Shown piece by piece: positions 35,351 to 45,685 of a DNA stretch of 64,000 bases. Positions within the stretch are counted from its first letter, which is position 1. The number at the start of each line of letters is the position of its first letter. This stretch comes from Bdellovibrionales bacterium (GTDB taxonomy: Bacteria; Bdellovibrionota; Bdellovibrionia; Bdellovibrionales; JAKFYE01). Where the stretch lies: positions 113,478-177,477 of the forward strand of contig CBDBKL010000003.1 in assembly GCA_965206675.1 (NCBI GenBank), given 5' to 3'. Position numbers and translations under genes: made by a program. The notes beneath the pieces are model-generated. The model ran no database searches, had not been told where the DNA came from, and saw nothing but the letters and a program-made list of their open reading frames with translations.

Positions 35351-36015
35351 TACGTATTAATCTTTTAAAGGATCGTACAGCTCCATCCAGTCCTTCATCG
35401 CAAACAACAACGTTTGGGCAAACAAAATCCTCCGGAACTCTTAGCGAAATTAGCGTATTGAAACAACGTACAATGAAGAAAGCGGCTGAAGGTATATCCT
35501 CTGTTGGTTCAGCGGCGATAACAATTGTTAAAGTTATATTTTTGTTGGTTCCAACGGGAGCGTTATGGGGTTGGTCTTGGACCGTAGTGCATGGAAAAGA
35601 ACTACAGGTGAAAAAGATAGATAAAGAAATAAATGTCTTGTTAGCAGAGAAACAGAAACTTCAACCTGAAGTAAAAGCCGCTGAGGCTTTCAAAGAGCAA
35701 AAGAAAACTCTCGGAGTGAAAATAGAAGCCATTAAAGTACTGTCTCGAGAAAGACTAAGAAATGTCAGAGCTCTTGAGAAAGTTCAAAAAATTATACCTA
35801 ATAAGGCGTGGTTAAATTCATTATCTATTAAGGGTGAAAACATGGAAGTGCAGGGAATGGCGAGGGATCATAATGTTATTAGTGCTTTTATGGATGCTTT
35901 AAAAGATGACATAGATTTTAGAAATCCAAAGCTTGTGAGCAGTCAATCACAGAGGGATATGAGAGGGACTGTTCAAGTTTTTAAAATTGAATGTATGTTT
36001 AGAGAGGAAACCTAA
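35347..36015 (+). CDS. pilN: Type IV pilus assembly protein PilN
   Basis: MIRINLL, TM, coiled coil, P..WL. Confidence 0.9.
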   Translation: MIRINLLKDRTAPSSPSSQTTTFGQTKSSGTLSEISVLKQRTMKKAAEGISSVGSAAITIVKVIFLLVPTGALWGWSWTVVHGKELQVKKIDKEINVLLAEKQKLQPEVKAAEAFKEQKKTLGVKIEAIKVLSRERLRNVRALEKVQKIIPNKAWLNSLSIKGENMEVQGMARDHNVISAFMDALKDDIDFRNPKLVSSQSQRDMRGTVQVFKIECMFREET

Positions 36016-36020
36016 GGCTT

Positions 36021-36638
36021 ATGATATCAGATCAAAAGAATTCTTTTTCAGTTTTCATAGTGTTCGGTATTTTAGCGGCTATTGCCTACTACTTTACACT
36101 TTTTGACTTGGGAGAAGAGTTGGATAGAAGTATCGAAAATAAAACAGGTGTTCTTGAGTCAGAAAAAAAAGCTGTAGAAGAAGCTAGAAAAGTTGCTAGT
36201 GATAGGCCAAGGTTTGAACGAGAAGCCAATAGAGTGAGTCGTCAACTACAGGCTGCAGTTAAGTTTTTACCAGCTACGCTGGAGTTTTCAAATGTGTTGA
36301 GCTTATTAAGCACTCATGCGGGATTTGCTGGAATTCAAATAGGAGCTATAAATCCAGTGGGGGATGGAAATGGAATTGTATCTAAGAGTGGGTTTTATAG
36401 GGAGTTGCCTCATAATATTGTGTTAAGCGGGGAGTATCAAAAAATTGTTCAGTTTCTTTCTCTTATTTCAAATGCAAAAAGAATTTTGAAATTTCAGGAT
36501 ATGACATTAAGAAGTAGCGGAGTTGTAGATCAAAGACCCATCATTTCATTAGATGGAGTTTTGATTGCCTATCGTTATGTGGAGCCGAAGCCAGAAGAAA
36601 ATGAAGAAGAAAACAAACAGGAAGAAGGGGCCGGCTGA
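36021..36638 (+). CDS. pilO: Type IV pilus assembly protein PilO
   Basis: TM + coiled coil, FLP, FYRELP..I..G.Y; synteny. Confidence 0.88.
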   Translation: MISDQKNSFSVFIVFGILAAIAYYFTLFDLGEELDRSIENKTGVLESEKKAVEEARKVASDRPRFEREANRVSRQLQAAVKFLPATLEFSNVLSLLSTHAGFAGIQIGAINPVGDGNGIVSKSGFYRELPHNIVLSGEYQKIVQFLSLISNAKRILKFQDMTLRSSGVVDQRPIISLDGVLIAYRYVEPKPEENEEENKQEEGAG

Positions 36639-37456
36639 TGAGTTTAAAAAAATGGCCCTTTATTTTAGCTTATTCTCTTATGGGTGGAGTGAGCTTTGCT
36701 TTAGCTATGTACTTGAGTTCTATGTTTACTCAGGAGATTCAAGCTCAGGACAATGCAAAAACAACTGAACAAAAAGAAGTTAAAAAAAAGAGCGAAAAGA
36801 CTCCTGAAAAAACCACAGTAGAGCCACCGCCTCCAGAGTTAATAGCTGAGGATAAGGTAGAAGCTCAGAAAGAGGCTGTCAAAGAAGGTGTTAAGCAGGT
36901 TAAAAAAGTATTAGGAAAATCAGATAAAGCAGATACGGCGAAAGTGACATCAAAACAAAAATCAGAAGAAGCCAAAAAAAAAGAGGGCTCAGAAAATGTT
37001 GTTAAAGAACAAGAGGGAGAAAGTGTTGCCCCAGATGAGGGAGTAGTTACCAAAACAGAAGATGAGCCTTCGGAAGAAAGTGAATTGGGTTTACTGGAGG
37101 GGATTATTGAAAATTATGAATATAAAAGTCTTGAAGGTCGAGATCCCTTTAGAGAACCACGTGTTGATTTTGGTGAAGCTGTACCGTTAGGTCCTTTAGT
37201 GGGAGCCAGCCAGGTACTAGAGAGATATGAGTTGAATCAGTTAAGATTAACAGGGGTTATCTGGGGAGTGGATGATCCAAAGGCATTAGTTTTAGATCCA
37301 GTAGGTCAAACACATGTTGTAAAAAAAGGTCAAAGAATGGGGAAGAATAGAGGAAAAGTTGTCGAGATCAGGGAAGAAGAAATTATTATTATGGAAAGTT
37401 ATAAAAACCAAGGGCGATATTCATTTCAAACAAGAGTTATAAGGTTGAGTAATTAA
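36638..37456 (+). CDS. pilP: Type IV pilus assembly protein PilP
   Basis: RDPF, LERYELNQLRLTGVIW, G.RMGKNRG; long charged N-terminal linker. Confidence 0.88.
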   Translation: MSLKKWPFILAYSLMGGVSFALAMYLSSMFTQEIQAQDNAKTTEQKEVKKKSEKTPEKTTVEPPPPELIAEDKVEAQKEAVKEGVKQVKKVLGKSDKADTAKVTSKQKSEEAKKKEGSENVVKEQEGESVAPDEGVVTKTEDEPSEESELGLLEGIIENYEYKSLEGRDPFREPRVDFGEAVPLGPLVGASQVLERYELNQLRLTGVIWGVDDPKALVLDPVGQTHVVKKGQRMGKNRGKVVEIREEEIIIMESYKNQGRYSFQTRVIRLSN

Positions 37457-37477
37457 AGCTATATAAGGGGTGGCAGT

Positions 37478-39946
37478 ATGAGAATTATAATTATTTTGAT
37501 GTTACTTTTTCCAATGTTTAATACAAGTTGCTTATCTCGTAACAAAGAAGATAGACAAACTGAATTAAACAAAATTATTGATGAAGAACTCGTAGATCTT
37601 GATGATAGTGAAAACGTTGTTGGTGGAGATTTTGATCCGGAACTTGATATCTTAGATAATGAGGGTAAAGATCCTTTTGCAGAGTTTGGAGAGTTGGGTA
37701 AGGCAGAACCCATTGAAGAGCCTGAAGATGTTGCTGCAAGCCTTAAAGATTTAGAAAATTTTGAGGATAACACTGAAGATAACCTTCAAGAGCCCGGTGA
37801 GATTGCTGACCCTGATGCGCCATTGGATGTGGCTCAGGGGGGAGATGTTTCTTCTAGTGAATTGACTGAAGATGTAAATCAGCAAGAGAACTTTGAAGAT
37901 TTCAATGATGTTGCGGGCTCTGAAGAGATTGTGACTCCACAGGATGCTCCTGTCGATATTACTCCAGGAGAAGAACCACCTATTTCTGATGGTTTTGTAG
38001 ATGCTGAACCGACTTCTCCTCCTGTGATTTCTGATATGGAAAATCAAACAGATACATTGTCTCGCACTGAAATTTTGGGATTAGACTACAGAGGTAATCA
38101 AAATGGAGGTACGATTGTTGTTAGAGCCAATGGGCCATTGGGTTACGCAACACGATCTAATGATAATGGAAGTCAAGTGATTGTAGAAATTCCCAACACA
38201 GTTTTACCTAAAAAATTTCAAAGACCCTATATTACAAAAGATTTTGCCGGAACTATTGGAATGTTTAGGGCTTATCAGGAATCAGGAAGTTCAACAACTC
38301 GGATTGTTGTACAATTAAAAGAACCAATTTCTCCCACTGTTGTGTCAGAGGGAAATCAGTTATTGGTAATGGCTTTAGGCCAGCAGGGTATGTCTGTCGC
38401 AGATCAATCGGATCAAAATATACCGGAGGAAAGTGGTATTGAGACTGTTCCAGAAATTGAAGTTGCTACTGAATCTGAAGAACTGGCTCAAGGTGAACTA
38501 GAGGGAGAGAGAAGCAAGAATCAAGATTACAAAGCTTTATCAAATAAGACTTTGGATGAATTTTTAACAGGAGAGTCTTCAAAGTTTTATGGTCACCGTA
38601 TAAGTATTGAAGTTAAAAATACAGATATACGAGAAATCTTTAATTTTATCGCTGAACAAAGTGGATTAAACCTTGTTCTCTCAGATAGTGTTACTGGAAA
38701 TCTTTCTTTAAAGTTAAGAGATGTTCCTTGGGATCAGGCTCTCGTTGTTGTTATGCAGTCCAAGTCATTGGGGTACATTCGTCAGGGAAATATATTAAGG
38801 ATTGCGCCTTTGAATATGATTCGTGAAGAGACTCAGGCCATGAAATCTGTTGTTGATGCACAAAAGCAACTTGCACCTCTTTTCTTAAAGATATTTCCAA
38901 TTAGTTATGCAAAAGCTCCAGCTTTAATGAATCAAGTCAGTCAGTTTATTACACCAAAGAGGGGGAGTATCAGAGCAGATCAAAGAACCAACTCTCTGAT
39001 TGTGAGTGATATTTTAGAAAATATTAATAGAATAGGGAAACTCATAAAACAGTTAGATACTGAAACACCTCAGGTTTTAATAGAAGGGAAAATTGTAGAA
39101 GCACGTGAGACGGCTGCAAGATCAATTGGTATTGATTGGTCCGGTGGGGGTGAATCAGGTGGTACCGGTGGTACCAGTGGTATTGGTGGAGGAACTAATA
39201 CGGGAGGAGGAAATACAGGAGGAAATAACACTGGAGAAATTGGTGCCGGTGGAGATCTTATAGCTTTTCAGAGTGCTGTAGGGGATATATTAAATGTAAG
39301 TGTAGGTGGAAGCGGAGGAAGTTTAGGAGTTAAGGTAGGAACGATAGCAGCTAGACAGCCTTTAGTAGCACAACTGAATCTTTTAGAGAGTCAGGATCTT
39401 ATTAATGTTCTTTCTTCTCCAAGAATAATGACTCTGAATAATAATCAAGCCACTATCACACAGGAGACACAACTACCTATTCCAAAAATAGTAACCTCGG
39501 AGGGGTCAGTGCAAAGTTCAGTTGAGTTTAAGTCTGTATCCTTAAACTTAAGTGTGACACCACAAATTACAATTGATGGTGGAATTATCATGAAAGTCAG
39601 TGTGAAAAGAGAGTTTCCTGGAGCTTCAGTGACGGTAGGAAACACGACTGCATCGCCAATTAATAGTCGTTCTGCTGATACAACGGTGTTGGTAAACAAT
39701 GGGGATACAACAGTGATTGGTGGTATTTATGAAAGCGATGTAACAAAGGGTGAGACAGGAGTTCCGCTTTTGGGGAAAATACCTATTTTGGGTTATTTTT
39801 TCAAGAATACGAGTTATGGAAAATCTAAAACTGAGCTTCTCATCTTTTTAACACCAAGGGTGTTAAACCAAGAACGCGCATTTATCAGTAGTACAGAGGA
39901 GTTAGGTCTTGAGAGTGAAGTCAGTGAAGATTCTGACACCCTTTAA
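37478..39946 (+). CDS. pilQ: Type IV pilus secretin PilQ
   Basis: Lipobox, AMIN-like region, VPWDQAL, QVLIEGKIVE, SSPRI, GVPLLGKIP, ELLIFLTP. Confidence 0.95.
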   Translation: MRIIIILMLLFPMFNTSCLSRNKEDRQTELNKIIDEELVDLDDSENVVGGDFDPELDILDNEGKDPFAEFGELGKAEPIEEPEDVAASLKDLENFEDNTEDNLQEPGEIADPDAPLDVAQGGDVSSSELTEDVNQQENFEDFNDVAGSEEIVTPQDAPVDITPGEEPPISDGFVDAEPTSPPVISDMENQTDTLSRTEILGLDYRGNQNGGTIVVRANGPLGYATRSNDNGSQVIVEIPNTVLPKKFQRPYITKDFAGTIGMFRAYQESGSSTTRIVVQLKEPISPTVVSEGNQLLVMALGQQGMSVADQSDQNIPEESGIETVPEIEVATESEELAQGELEGERSKNQDYKALSNKTLDEFLTGESSKFYGHRISIEVKNTDIREIFNFIAEQSGLNLVLSDSVTGNLSLKLRDVPWDQALVVVMQSKSLGYIRQGNILRIAPLNMIREETQAMKSVVDAQKQLAPLFLKIFPISYAKAPALMNQVSQFITPKRGSIRADQRTNSLIVSDILENINRIGKLIKQLDTETPQVLIEGKIVEARETAARSIGIDWSGGGESGGTGGTSGIGGGTNTGGGNTGGNNTGEIGAGGDLIAFQSAVGDILNVSVGGSGGSLGVKVGTIAARQPLVAQLNLLESQDLINVLSSPRIMTLNNNQATITQETQLPIPKIVTSEGSVQSSVEFKSVSLNLSVTPQITIDGGIIMKVSVKREFPGASVTVGNTTASPINSRSADTTVLVNNGDTTVIGGIYESDVTKGETGVPLLGKIPILGYFFKNTSYGKSKTELLIFLTPRVLNQERAFISSTEELGLESEVSEDSDTL

Positions 39947-39949
39947 GTT

Positions 39950-41233
39950 ATGGACTTGTTTGAGAAGATGTCCAGTAGTGAGAATGCTCCGTTAGCTGAA
40001 AAAGTTCGCCCTTTGAATATTGAAGATCTTGTTGGGCAAGATGAGATTACAAAAGGTAATTTTCGAAAACTGATTGAAAAAGATCAGATTCCGAGTCTCA
40101 TTTTGTGGGGGCCTTCGGGAACAGGTAAAACAACCTTAGCTCAGTTGCTTGCATCCAAAACCAAAAAGCATTTTATTTCTGTTAATGCTATTGAAGTGGG
40201 TGCGAAAGCATTGAGTGAAATAGGAACAAAGGCTCGCCAGCGACATACAATGTATGGTGAAGGTTCCTTTTTATTTATTGATGAAATTCATCGTCTGAAT
40301 AAGGCACAGCAAGATGTATTGCTTTCTTTTGTAGAAAAGGGAGATGTAACGCTGATTGGGGCCACAACAGAAAATCCCAGTTTTGAAATCAATACGGCAT
40401 TGATGAGCCGTTGTCGATTGATTACCTTTCGTTCCCTTGAAGAAAAATCTTTGTCGTTGATTGTGGATCGTGTATTAAAAATGGAAAAACTTGAACGTCA
40501 GGATGTATTTGAAAAAGAAGCTTATGAATGGATGTTAAAAAGTGTATCGGGTGATGCTCGGCAATTGATTAACAATATGGAACAAATTTTAAAACTACGT
40601 GACGCTGAATCTTGGCCTTTAAATAAGAAAAAGTTAGTGAAGGTGATAGGGCAGATACCTTTACATTATAGTAAAAGTGGTGATGCACATTATGATACGA
40701 TTAGTGCATTTATTAAAAGTATTAGAGGAAGTGATCCGGATGCAGGACTTTATTATCTAGCTCGTATGATAGAGGCGGGGGAAGATCCTAAGTTTATTGC
40801 TCGTCGATTAGTTATTTTAGCTTCTGAAGATATAGGTAATGCAGATCCAAGAGCTTTAACGTTAGCTATGGCTGGCGCAGAGGCCGTTCAATTTATTGGT
40901 CTACCTGAAGCTGCGATTAATTTAGCTCAAGTGGTTACTTATTTGGCTTGTGCCCCAAAATCGAATCGCTCTTATATAGGTTTAAAAACAGCAATAAAAG
41001 AAGTGAAACGTTCAGGGGCTTTGAAAATTCCTTTACATGTTAGAAATGCGCCCACCAAGATGATGAAAGACTTAGGTTATGGAAAAGACTATAAGTATGC
41101 ACATGATAGTGAAAAGGGATGGTTTCCTCAAACATTTTTGCCTGATGGAGTTGAGGGTTCTTTTTATGAACCTTCTGATCATGGTTTTGAAAAAACAATG
41201 AAGGCTTACCTTCAGTGGTTGAAAAGTGTTTAG
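39950..41233 (+). CDS. rarA: Replication-associated recombination protein A
   Basis: PLAEKVRP, GPSGTGKTT, DEIHR, GATTENP, SAFIKSIRGSDPD. Confidence 0.95.
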   Translation: MDLFEKMSSSENAPLAEKVRPLNIEDLVGQDEITKGNFRKLIEKDQIPSLILWGPSGTGKTTLAQLLASKTKKHFISVNAIEVGAKALSEIGTKARQRHTMYGEGSFLFIDEIHRLNKAQQDVLLSFVEKGDVTLIGATTENPSFEINTALMSRCRLITFRSLEEKSLSLIVDRVLKMEKLERQDVFEKEAYEWMLKSVSGDARQLINNMEQILKLRDAESWPLNKKKLVKVIGQIPLHYSKSGDAHYDTISAFIKSIRGSDPDAGLYYLARMIEAGEDPKFIARRLVILASEDIGNADPRALTLAMAGAEAVQFIGLPEAAINLAQVVTYLACAPKSNRSYIGLKTAIKEVKRSGALKIPLHVRNAPTKMMKDLGYGKDYKYAHDSEKGWFPQTFLPDGVEGSFYEPSDHGFEKTMKAYLQWLKSV

Positions 41234-41352
41234 GACTGTCGAAAAGGTATCATCTATTTTGTTGCAATCACTCAAACACTCACTCCGACGTAGGAAAAAC
41301 TACGCCTCCGTTCGGTTTGTACGCCTCGTATCTGATACCTTTTCGACAGTCC
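41233..41352 (+). repeat. ~120-bp palindromic MITE/ERIC-like repeat
   Basis: Perfect 20-bp terminal IR GGACTGTCGAAAAGGTATCA...TGATACCTTTTCGACAGTCC; overlaps the rarA TAG. Confidence 0.92.
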
Positions 41353-41481
41353 TCCTTGTTGCTTAGGTAACTTTCTTTTTTTATTCCGAATTGTAAATCC
41401 TCTTAGTTGCCGTTTTTTATTATAAAGTGACAATTATGGTCGCCTAAGCCGAAGTTTTTGTTCAAAAAACCTCAATATTTT

Positions 41482-41497
41482 AGGCATTGGTTTTGCT
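41482..41497 (+). promoter_or_regulatory. Candidate sigma54 -24/-12 promoter
   Basis: AGGCATTGGTTTTGCT = GG-N10-GC with TTGC, about 160 bp upstream of the three-gene operon. Confidence 0.5.
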
Positions 41498-41658
41498 AAT
41501 TAAGACCTTGATTGGTTAAAGAAGTAAGATTTTTAAATGCCTATAAATTTGTTTTTAGGGTTAAAAGGGCTACAGTTTGAAATTATAAAACTGATAAATA
41601 TCAAACTCATTAATCAAAAAACTTTAGTTATTTTAATGTAATAGAAGGAGTGTGTTTT

Positions 41659-42456
41659 ATGCGCATTATGTGGATTATATTTATTTTAATTTCAACCTTC
41701 CTTATAGAATTAACCCCAAAACCTTCTTACGGAGGAGAACCTCGAGCGGATTTAGAACTTGTGGGTTCACAATCTGTAGACTCCGATTCAATAACGACAG
41801 CAGATCAATTTATGAAAGACTTAATGACATCTTTAGTTGGACGATCTCTTCAAATGAAATTTAGATTTGTTGGTGGTCAGGAGATGAATTATCGAGATAA
41901 TTTTGGAATAAATACAACATTTGAAATGACAACTCCTATTTTCATTAAGCTTTATGATCCTGCTGCTGAGGCAGATATGGATCCTAATTTTAAACCTATT
42001 GCAAAGACAGGTGATGAGAATAGGAAAATTACTGTTCAAATTCGTACCACTAGAGATGATTCTATTCAAACAAATCAAATGCGTTTACAAGTTTCATTCT
42101 TTGAAAACAAAGAGCCAACCTATTTAAATTTTGATATAAATATGGCAGCATTTGATAAGCCAATTGCTTTGAGGGTGTATTCTTTGAGCGGGGTATTTAA
42201 TTTTCAAACAGGCCGAAGTGTGACGGTTGCAGATGGTGCCTGTAGAGCAGAGCAAGAAATTGCTGACTGGGAGACGCAATCAGCATCATGGAAACAGGTT
42301 GATTGTAGATATTCCTATTTGTATAAAGATCAGAATCCAAATCTTTCTATCGAACAAAAACAGAAAATCGCACAGGATATAAAAGATGAGCGTGCTGAAA
42401 TCGGTGATCCTCAATTTGGATTATTCTATAGTTCATGTGGAAAAGATCAGTGCTAG
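41659..42456 (+). CDS. Hypothetical secreted protein
   Basis: AAGGAG RBS, N-terminal signal-like hydrophobic stretch, beta-rich, no known motif. Confidence 0.75.
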   Translation: MRIMWIIFILISTFLIELTPKPSYGGEPRADLELVGSQSVDSDSITTADQFMKDLMTSLVGRSLQMKFRFVGGQEMNYRDNFGINTTFEMTTPIFIKLYDPAAEADMDPNFKPIAKTGDENRKITVQIRTTRDDSIQTNQMRLQVSFFENKEPTYLNFDINMAAFDKPIALRVYSLSGVFNFQTGRSVTVADGACRAEQEIADWETQSASWKQVDCRYSYLYKDQNPNLSIEQKQKIAQDIKDERAEIGDPQFGLFYSSCGKDQC

Positions 42457-42473
42457 TATTGAGGTCCGCGGTC

Positions 42474-43265
42474 ATGATGAAAAAACTTTGTCTAATTCTT
42501 TCAGTTTTTTTTTCTAGCATAACTTCTGCAGATCCATTGGGTTATTCTTTAATGAAGAGATTTGTAGATATTGATGAATTGCTTTCCAAACAGAATATTC
42601 AAGTTCAAAGTTGTTCCTTATATTATAAAGATGAAGATAAAAACAAAGCAAAAAAGCGCGAGAGTCATTTAGGAGCCTGTCTTTATCATTATTTGAATCT
42701 TCACATGGTCAACAGGGGAGAAGACGCTCGTGTTTTTGTCCATGTACGTTTTCCTTTTCAGCCACCCTCAAGTTCTGATTTTGTCTTAGAGCTTGATTGG
42801 AATCCTGTTCAAGGTGAAAGGCAATCTTTTCTCTCAAGATTAGCTCAGTATGGTATCAGTCCATTGACAGGAGAAGTTATTGCAATGGGGAAGAGCATGT
42901 ATAGATCTTTGAGGCATGTGGAATTTAACTTAAAACCCCTTGGCCACCCTGTTCCTGTAGAATTTCTTTTTGATGAAGAAAGAATCATTTATTTTACGAC
43001 CAATTTATTATTGGAGAATGGTGCAGAGAATATAACTCCGACAATTGATAATATTAGGATTACTAATGAACCTCAGAGCACAAGATTTTTAAAAGGAGAG
43101 TTTAGAGATAAGGTCAATATTCGGGTTAACGTTGGGGATCATTCGAAAGTTCAATCTGAAATGATCGTTGATTACACATTAAATCTCAGAGGTATTAAAC
43201 TTAATGAATTAGATGGAGAGGTAGAGTTGATGAATACAGATAATCTTCATAGGGAGGGAATTTGA
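42474..43265 (+). CDS. Hypothetical secreted protein
   Basis: MMKKLCLILSVFFSSITSA signal peptide; GAGG RBS. Confidence 0.75.
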   Translation: MMKKLCLILSVFFSSITSADPLGYSLMKRFVDIDELLSKQNIQVQSCSLYYKDEDKNKAKKRESHLGACLYHYLNLHMVNRGEDARVFVHVRFPFQPPSSSDFVLELDWNPVQGERQSFLSRLAQYGISPLTGEVIAMGKSMYRSLRHVEFNLKPLGHPVPVEFLFDEERIIYFTTNLLLENGAENITPTIDNIRITNEPQSTRFLKGEFRDKVNIRVNVGDHSKVQSEMIVDYTLNLRGIKLNELDGEVELMNTDNLHREGI

Positions 43266-44080
43266 AATATTTTATCTTTTTATTACTTTTACCCTTATCT
43301 TCATGGGCTGAATGTCTTATTCCTTTTGAGCAAAGAGGAGAATTTTATACTAATCACGTTAGGCAACATGAAGAGACTCGTTCAGATTATAATGATTTAT
43401 TTTTACAGTCTCTTATTGTGAATAATGAAATTCGTATGCACTCTGACAGAGGGATTTTAAGTGCAAATGCAGAGGGCTTTTTAAGACCGGGAGCAAAAGA
43501 GTTTGTTATTGTACCAGTGGTTGGTTTAAGTCTTTATATGGATAAAAATGATGTAGCTTATTACTGTCTTAATATAGATCCAGAGGGGCGAGATCCTTTT
43601 TTAGAAATTTCTTTTGTCAATAGATCCGGTTTCAATAGAGTCTCAAGGCTTTTTAAGAAGAAAAAGAATAGGCGATCTAAGTATGTGAATACCAATATTG
43701 GTATTGAGATGGCACCTCTGTCTGATATGACTGATCGGATTGAGGCTGGGTTAGATTCTGTGCCTGTTATAGGGCCTGTTTATAAAGGTATTAATCAAGG
43801 TATTTTTGATCAGGTATTTTTAATTATGAGAAAAGCAATAAATTTTATTTTTAAAGCTGGGGTTTATAAAATAAGAATGGATAAAAGAGGTTTAACTATA
43901 TGGACGCAGGCCCGTATTTTTAGGATTATTTCTTGTGATTTTAAAATTTCACAATATGACTTGGAAGATAACTTTTTAAAAGATTTTGCAGCCAGTGAAG
44001 AAAGTGAAGAATATGATGTGTACTATAAAGAAATTCCTGAAGAAGAACAATCTCAAGTTTTATTGGAAACCAATTTATAA
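43262..44080 (+). CDS. Hypothetical secreted protein
   Basis: TTG start overlapping the previous stop, GGAGG RBS, signal peptide MKYFIFLLLLPLSSWA. Confidence 0.75.
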   Translation: MKYFIFLLLLPLSSWAECLIPFEQRGEFYTNHVRQHEETRSDYNDLFLQSLIVNNEIRMHSDRGILSANAEGFLRPGAKEFVIVPVVGLSLYMDKNDVAYYCLNIDPEGRDPFLEISFVNRSGFNRVSRLFKKKKNRRSKYVNTNIGIEMAPLSDMTDRIEAGLDSVPVIGPVYKGINQGIFDQVFLIMRKAINFIFKAGVYKIRMDKRGLTIWTQARIFRIISCDFKISQYDLEDNFLKDFAASEESEEYDVYYKEIPEEEQSQVLLETNL

Positions 44081-44087
44081 ATATTCG

Positions 44088-44408
44088 TTACGCACTAAAG
44101 CCTTTAAATACAGATTTTGCACAGATACAGACACATTTTTCTTCACCTCGAGCCATTGTTTCATGTTTGGTGTTTGAGGGAATTTCAATTCTATCCCCAG
44201 CTCTTAGAAGAAGTTGATTTCCACTGATATTTAAAAAAAGTTCTCCCTCGACGACCATTCGGATTTCGTTAAAGGGGTGCCGATGTTCTGAGACTTTTTG
44301 TTGGGGTTCATAGATCTCTTCATATGGTTCTAAACCTTCAGCGTGAAAGATCATTTTGACTTGTTCTTTTGTGGGCACAACACGTGCTTGCCAGCGTTTG
44401 ACTATCAT
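44088..44408 (-). CDS. Cupin domain protein
   Basis: Likely start MIVKRWQA; HRHPFNE..V.EG and GDRIEIPSNTKH cupin motifs. Confidence 0.85.
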   Translation of the reverse strand: MIVKRWQARVVPTKEQVKMIFHAEGLEPYEEIYEPQQKVSEHRHPFNEIRMVVEGELFLNISGNQLLLRAGDRIEIPSNTKHETMARGEEKCVCICAKSVFKGFSA

Positions 44409-44885
44409 AAAAACTGAGACTAGCATGAGCCATTCTGATAGGATATGAAAAAATACACTGGAGTAGAATTTTATAATGAAAAGAATAATCTTTGTGGTAG
44501 ATTGGGAAATGTGGGTAGGCCTTACCCTTATGAAATTAAAAATGAGATGAGTACTGTACGTATGGTACTTGTTCGTCAATTTAGGTGGTAGTTAAGGGTA
44601 GTATCTGGGGGTTTGAAATAGGTCTAGGTTTTCTCAAAATGAAATGGTGGATTGTTTAATTTTACATTCATAAACCCTATTTTTTAGTCTTGATTTTTGT
44701 GGTTTAGGGTGCGGAGAAAAACCGTTATTTCGTTTATCAATTTGTAAAAAAATTATGCAGTATTTAAGTGAAGGGTTGTGGTATCGGAATTTGGGGCAGG
44801 AGACTGTCAAATTTTGAGACAATCATTCTTTGTGTCTTGATGGGTATCATTAGGTATTAAGGGGTTTTTCTTTAGGATAATTATT

Positions 44886-44912
44886 TAAGTCTTGAATTAT
44901 CAGAGTCGATAA
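44886..44912 (+). promoter_or_regulatory. Candidate sigma28 (FliA) promoter
   Basis: TAAG-N15-GTCGATAA (consensus TAAA-N15-GCCGATAA), 30 bp upstream of the 44943 ORF. Confidence 0.55.
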
Positions 44913-44942
44913 AAAGTTATAGGTTATAGATCGGAGTTTTCC

Positions 44943-45446
44943 TTGAAAGAAGCCTGCGAAAAAAAGTTAGATCAGTGGAAGAGTGACGTACTCACTTATA
45001 TAGATAGTGTAGAGGGATTAAGCTATAAGGTTTTGGGTGACGTCATTGAAGTCTGTCAAAAGGTGGACCAGAAGGTTCTTCAAATTGAGATGTTAAATAT
45101 CACTGAAGTTTTAAATCGAGATAATAAAGGTGGAAATCCATTTATTCAGATCAATTTTACTTCGGGAAAAAAGATTCTTTTAACGGAGAGTTTGATTGGT
45201 TTTAAGCCACGGGCTGTAGAGGGCTTAGATCTTAAAAGATTACCCAAGGTTGTGACCACACCGGATTTGCTAAGTGTTTTTGAAGCTATTGAAGAGGCGG
45301 TGAATACGGGAGCTGAGGTGGGTGAGATTAATATGTTAAAGCGTGTTTTTAGTGCGATACTTACCGGCGGTGAGGATATTGGTTTTGATTTAAAGCGTGA
45401 GAAGTATTGGATACATTCACCTTTGAGCCGATTTGCATCGGCATAG
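44943..45446 (+). CDS. Hypothetical protein
   Basis: 167-aa ORF with GGAG RBS; LPKVVTTPDLLSV..AIE. Confidence 0.75.
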   Translation: MKEACEKKLDQWKSDVLTYIDSVEGLSYKVLGDVIEVCQKVDQKVLQIEMLNITEVLNRDNKGGNPFIQINFTSGKKILLTESLIGFKPRAVEGLDLKRLPKVVTTPDLLSVFEAIEEAVNTGAEVGEINMLKRVFSAILTGGEDIGFDLKREKYWIHSPLSRFASA

Positions 45447-45609
45447 TTTTTCTTTCATTATATTCCCAGTTATTCTTTTTTTGCATTTTTAGGCCGTTAT
45501 AGTCATAATGGTATTGACTTAGTTTTTAATATTAGTCACTTTATTGGTGTGCTGTTGAGAGTATTATGGGGGGATCAACAGTTGGGTGCATTTTGAGGTG
45601 TTGAAAAGA

Positions 45610-45685
45610 GGGGGCGTAGCTCAGTTGGGAGAGCGTCAGCTTTGCAAGCTGAATGTCGCAGGTTCGATCCCTGTCGCCTCCACCA
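45610..45685 (+). tRNA. tRNA-Ala (TGC)
   Basis: 76-nt cloverleaf, G3:U70 pair, anticodon loop TTTGCAA, GGTTCGATCC T-arm, encoded CCA. Confidence 0.97.

Noticed and set aside
39145-39255. GGN/GGA-rich repeats in pilQ
   Set aside because: A Gly/Thr/Asn low-complexity loop in a variable region of the secretin; ordinary.
10739-41275. Three short minus-strand ORFs starting MSDCNE/KVD (10739, 25815, 41072) and the 1786 ORF
   Set aside because: Their similarity comes from the palindromic repeat, and they are antisense shadows of real genes.
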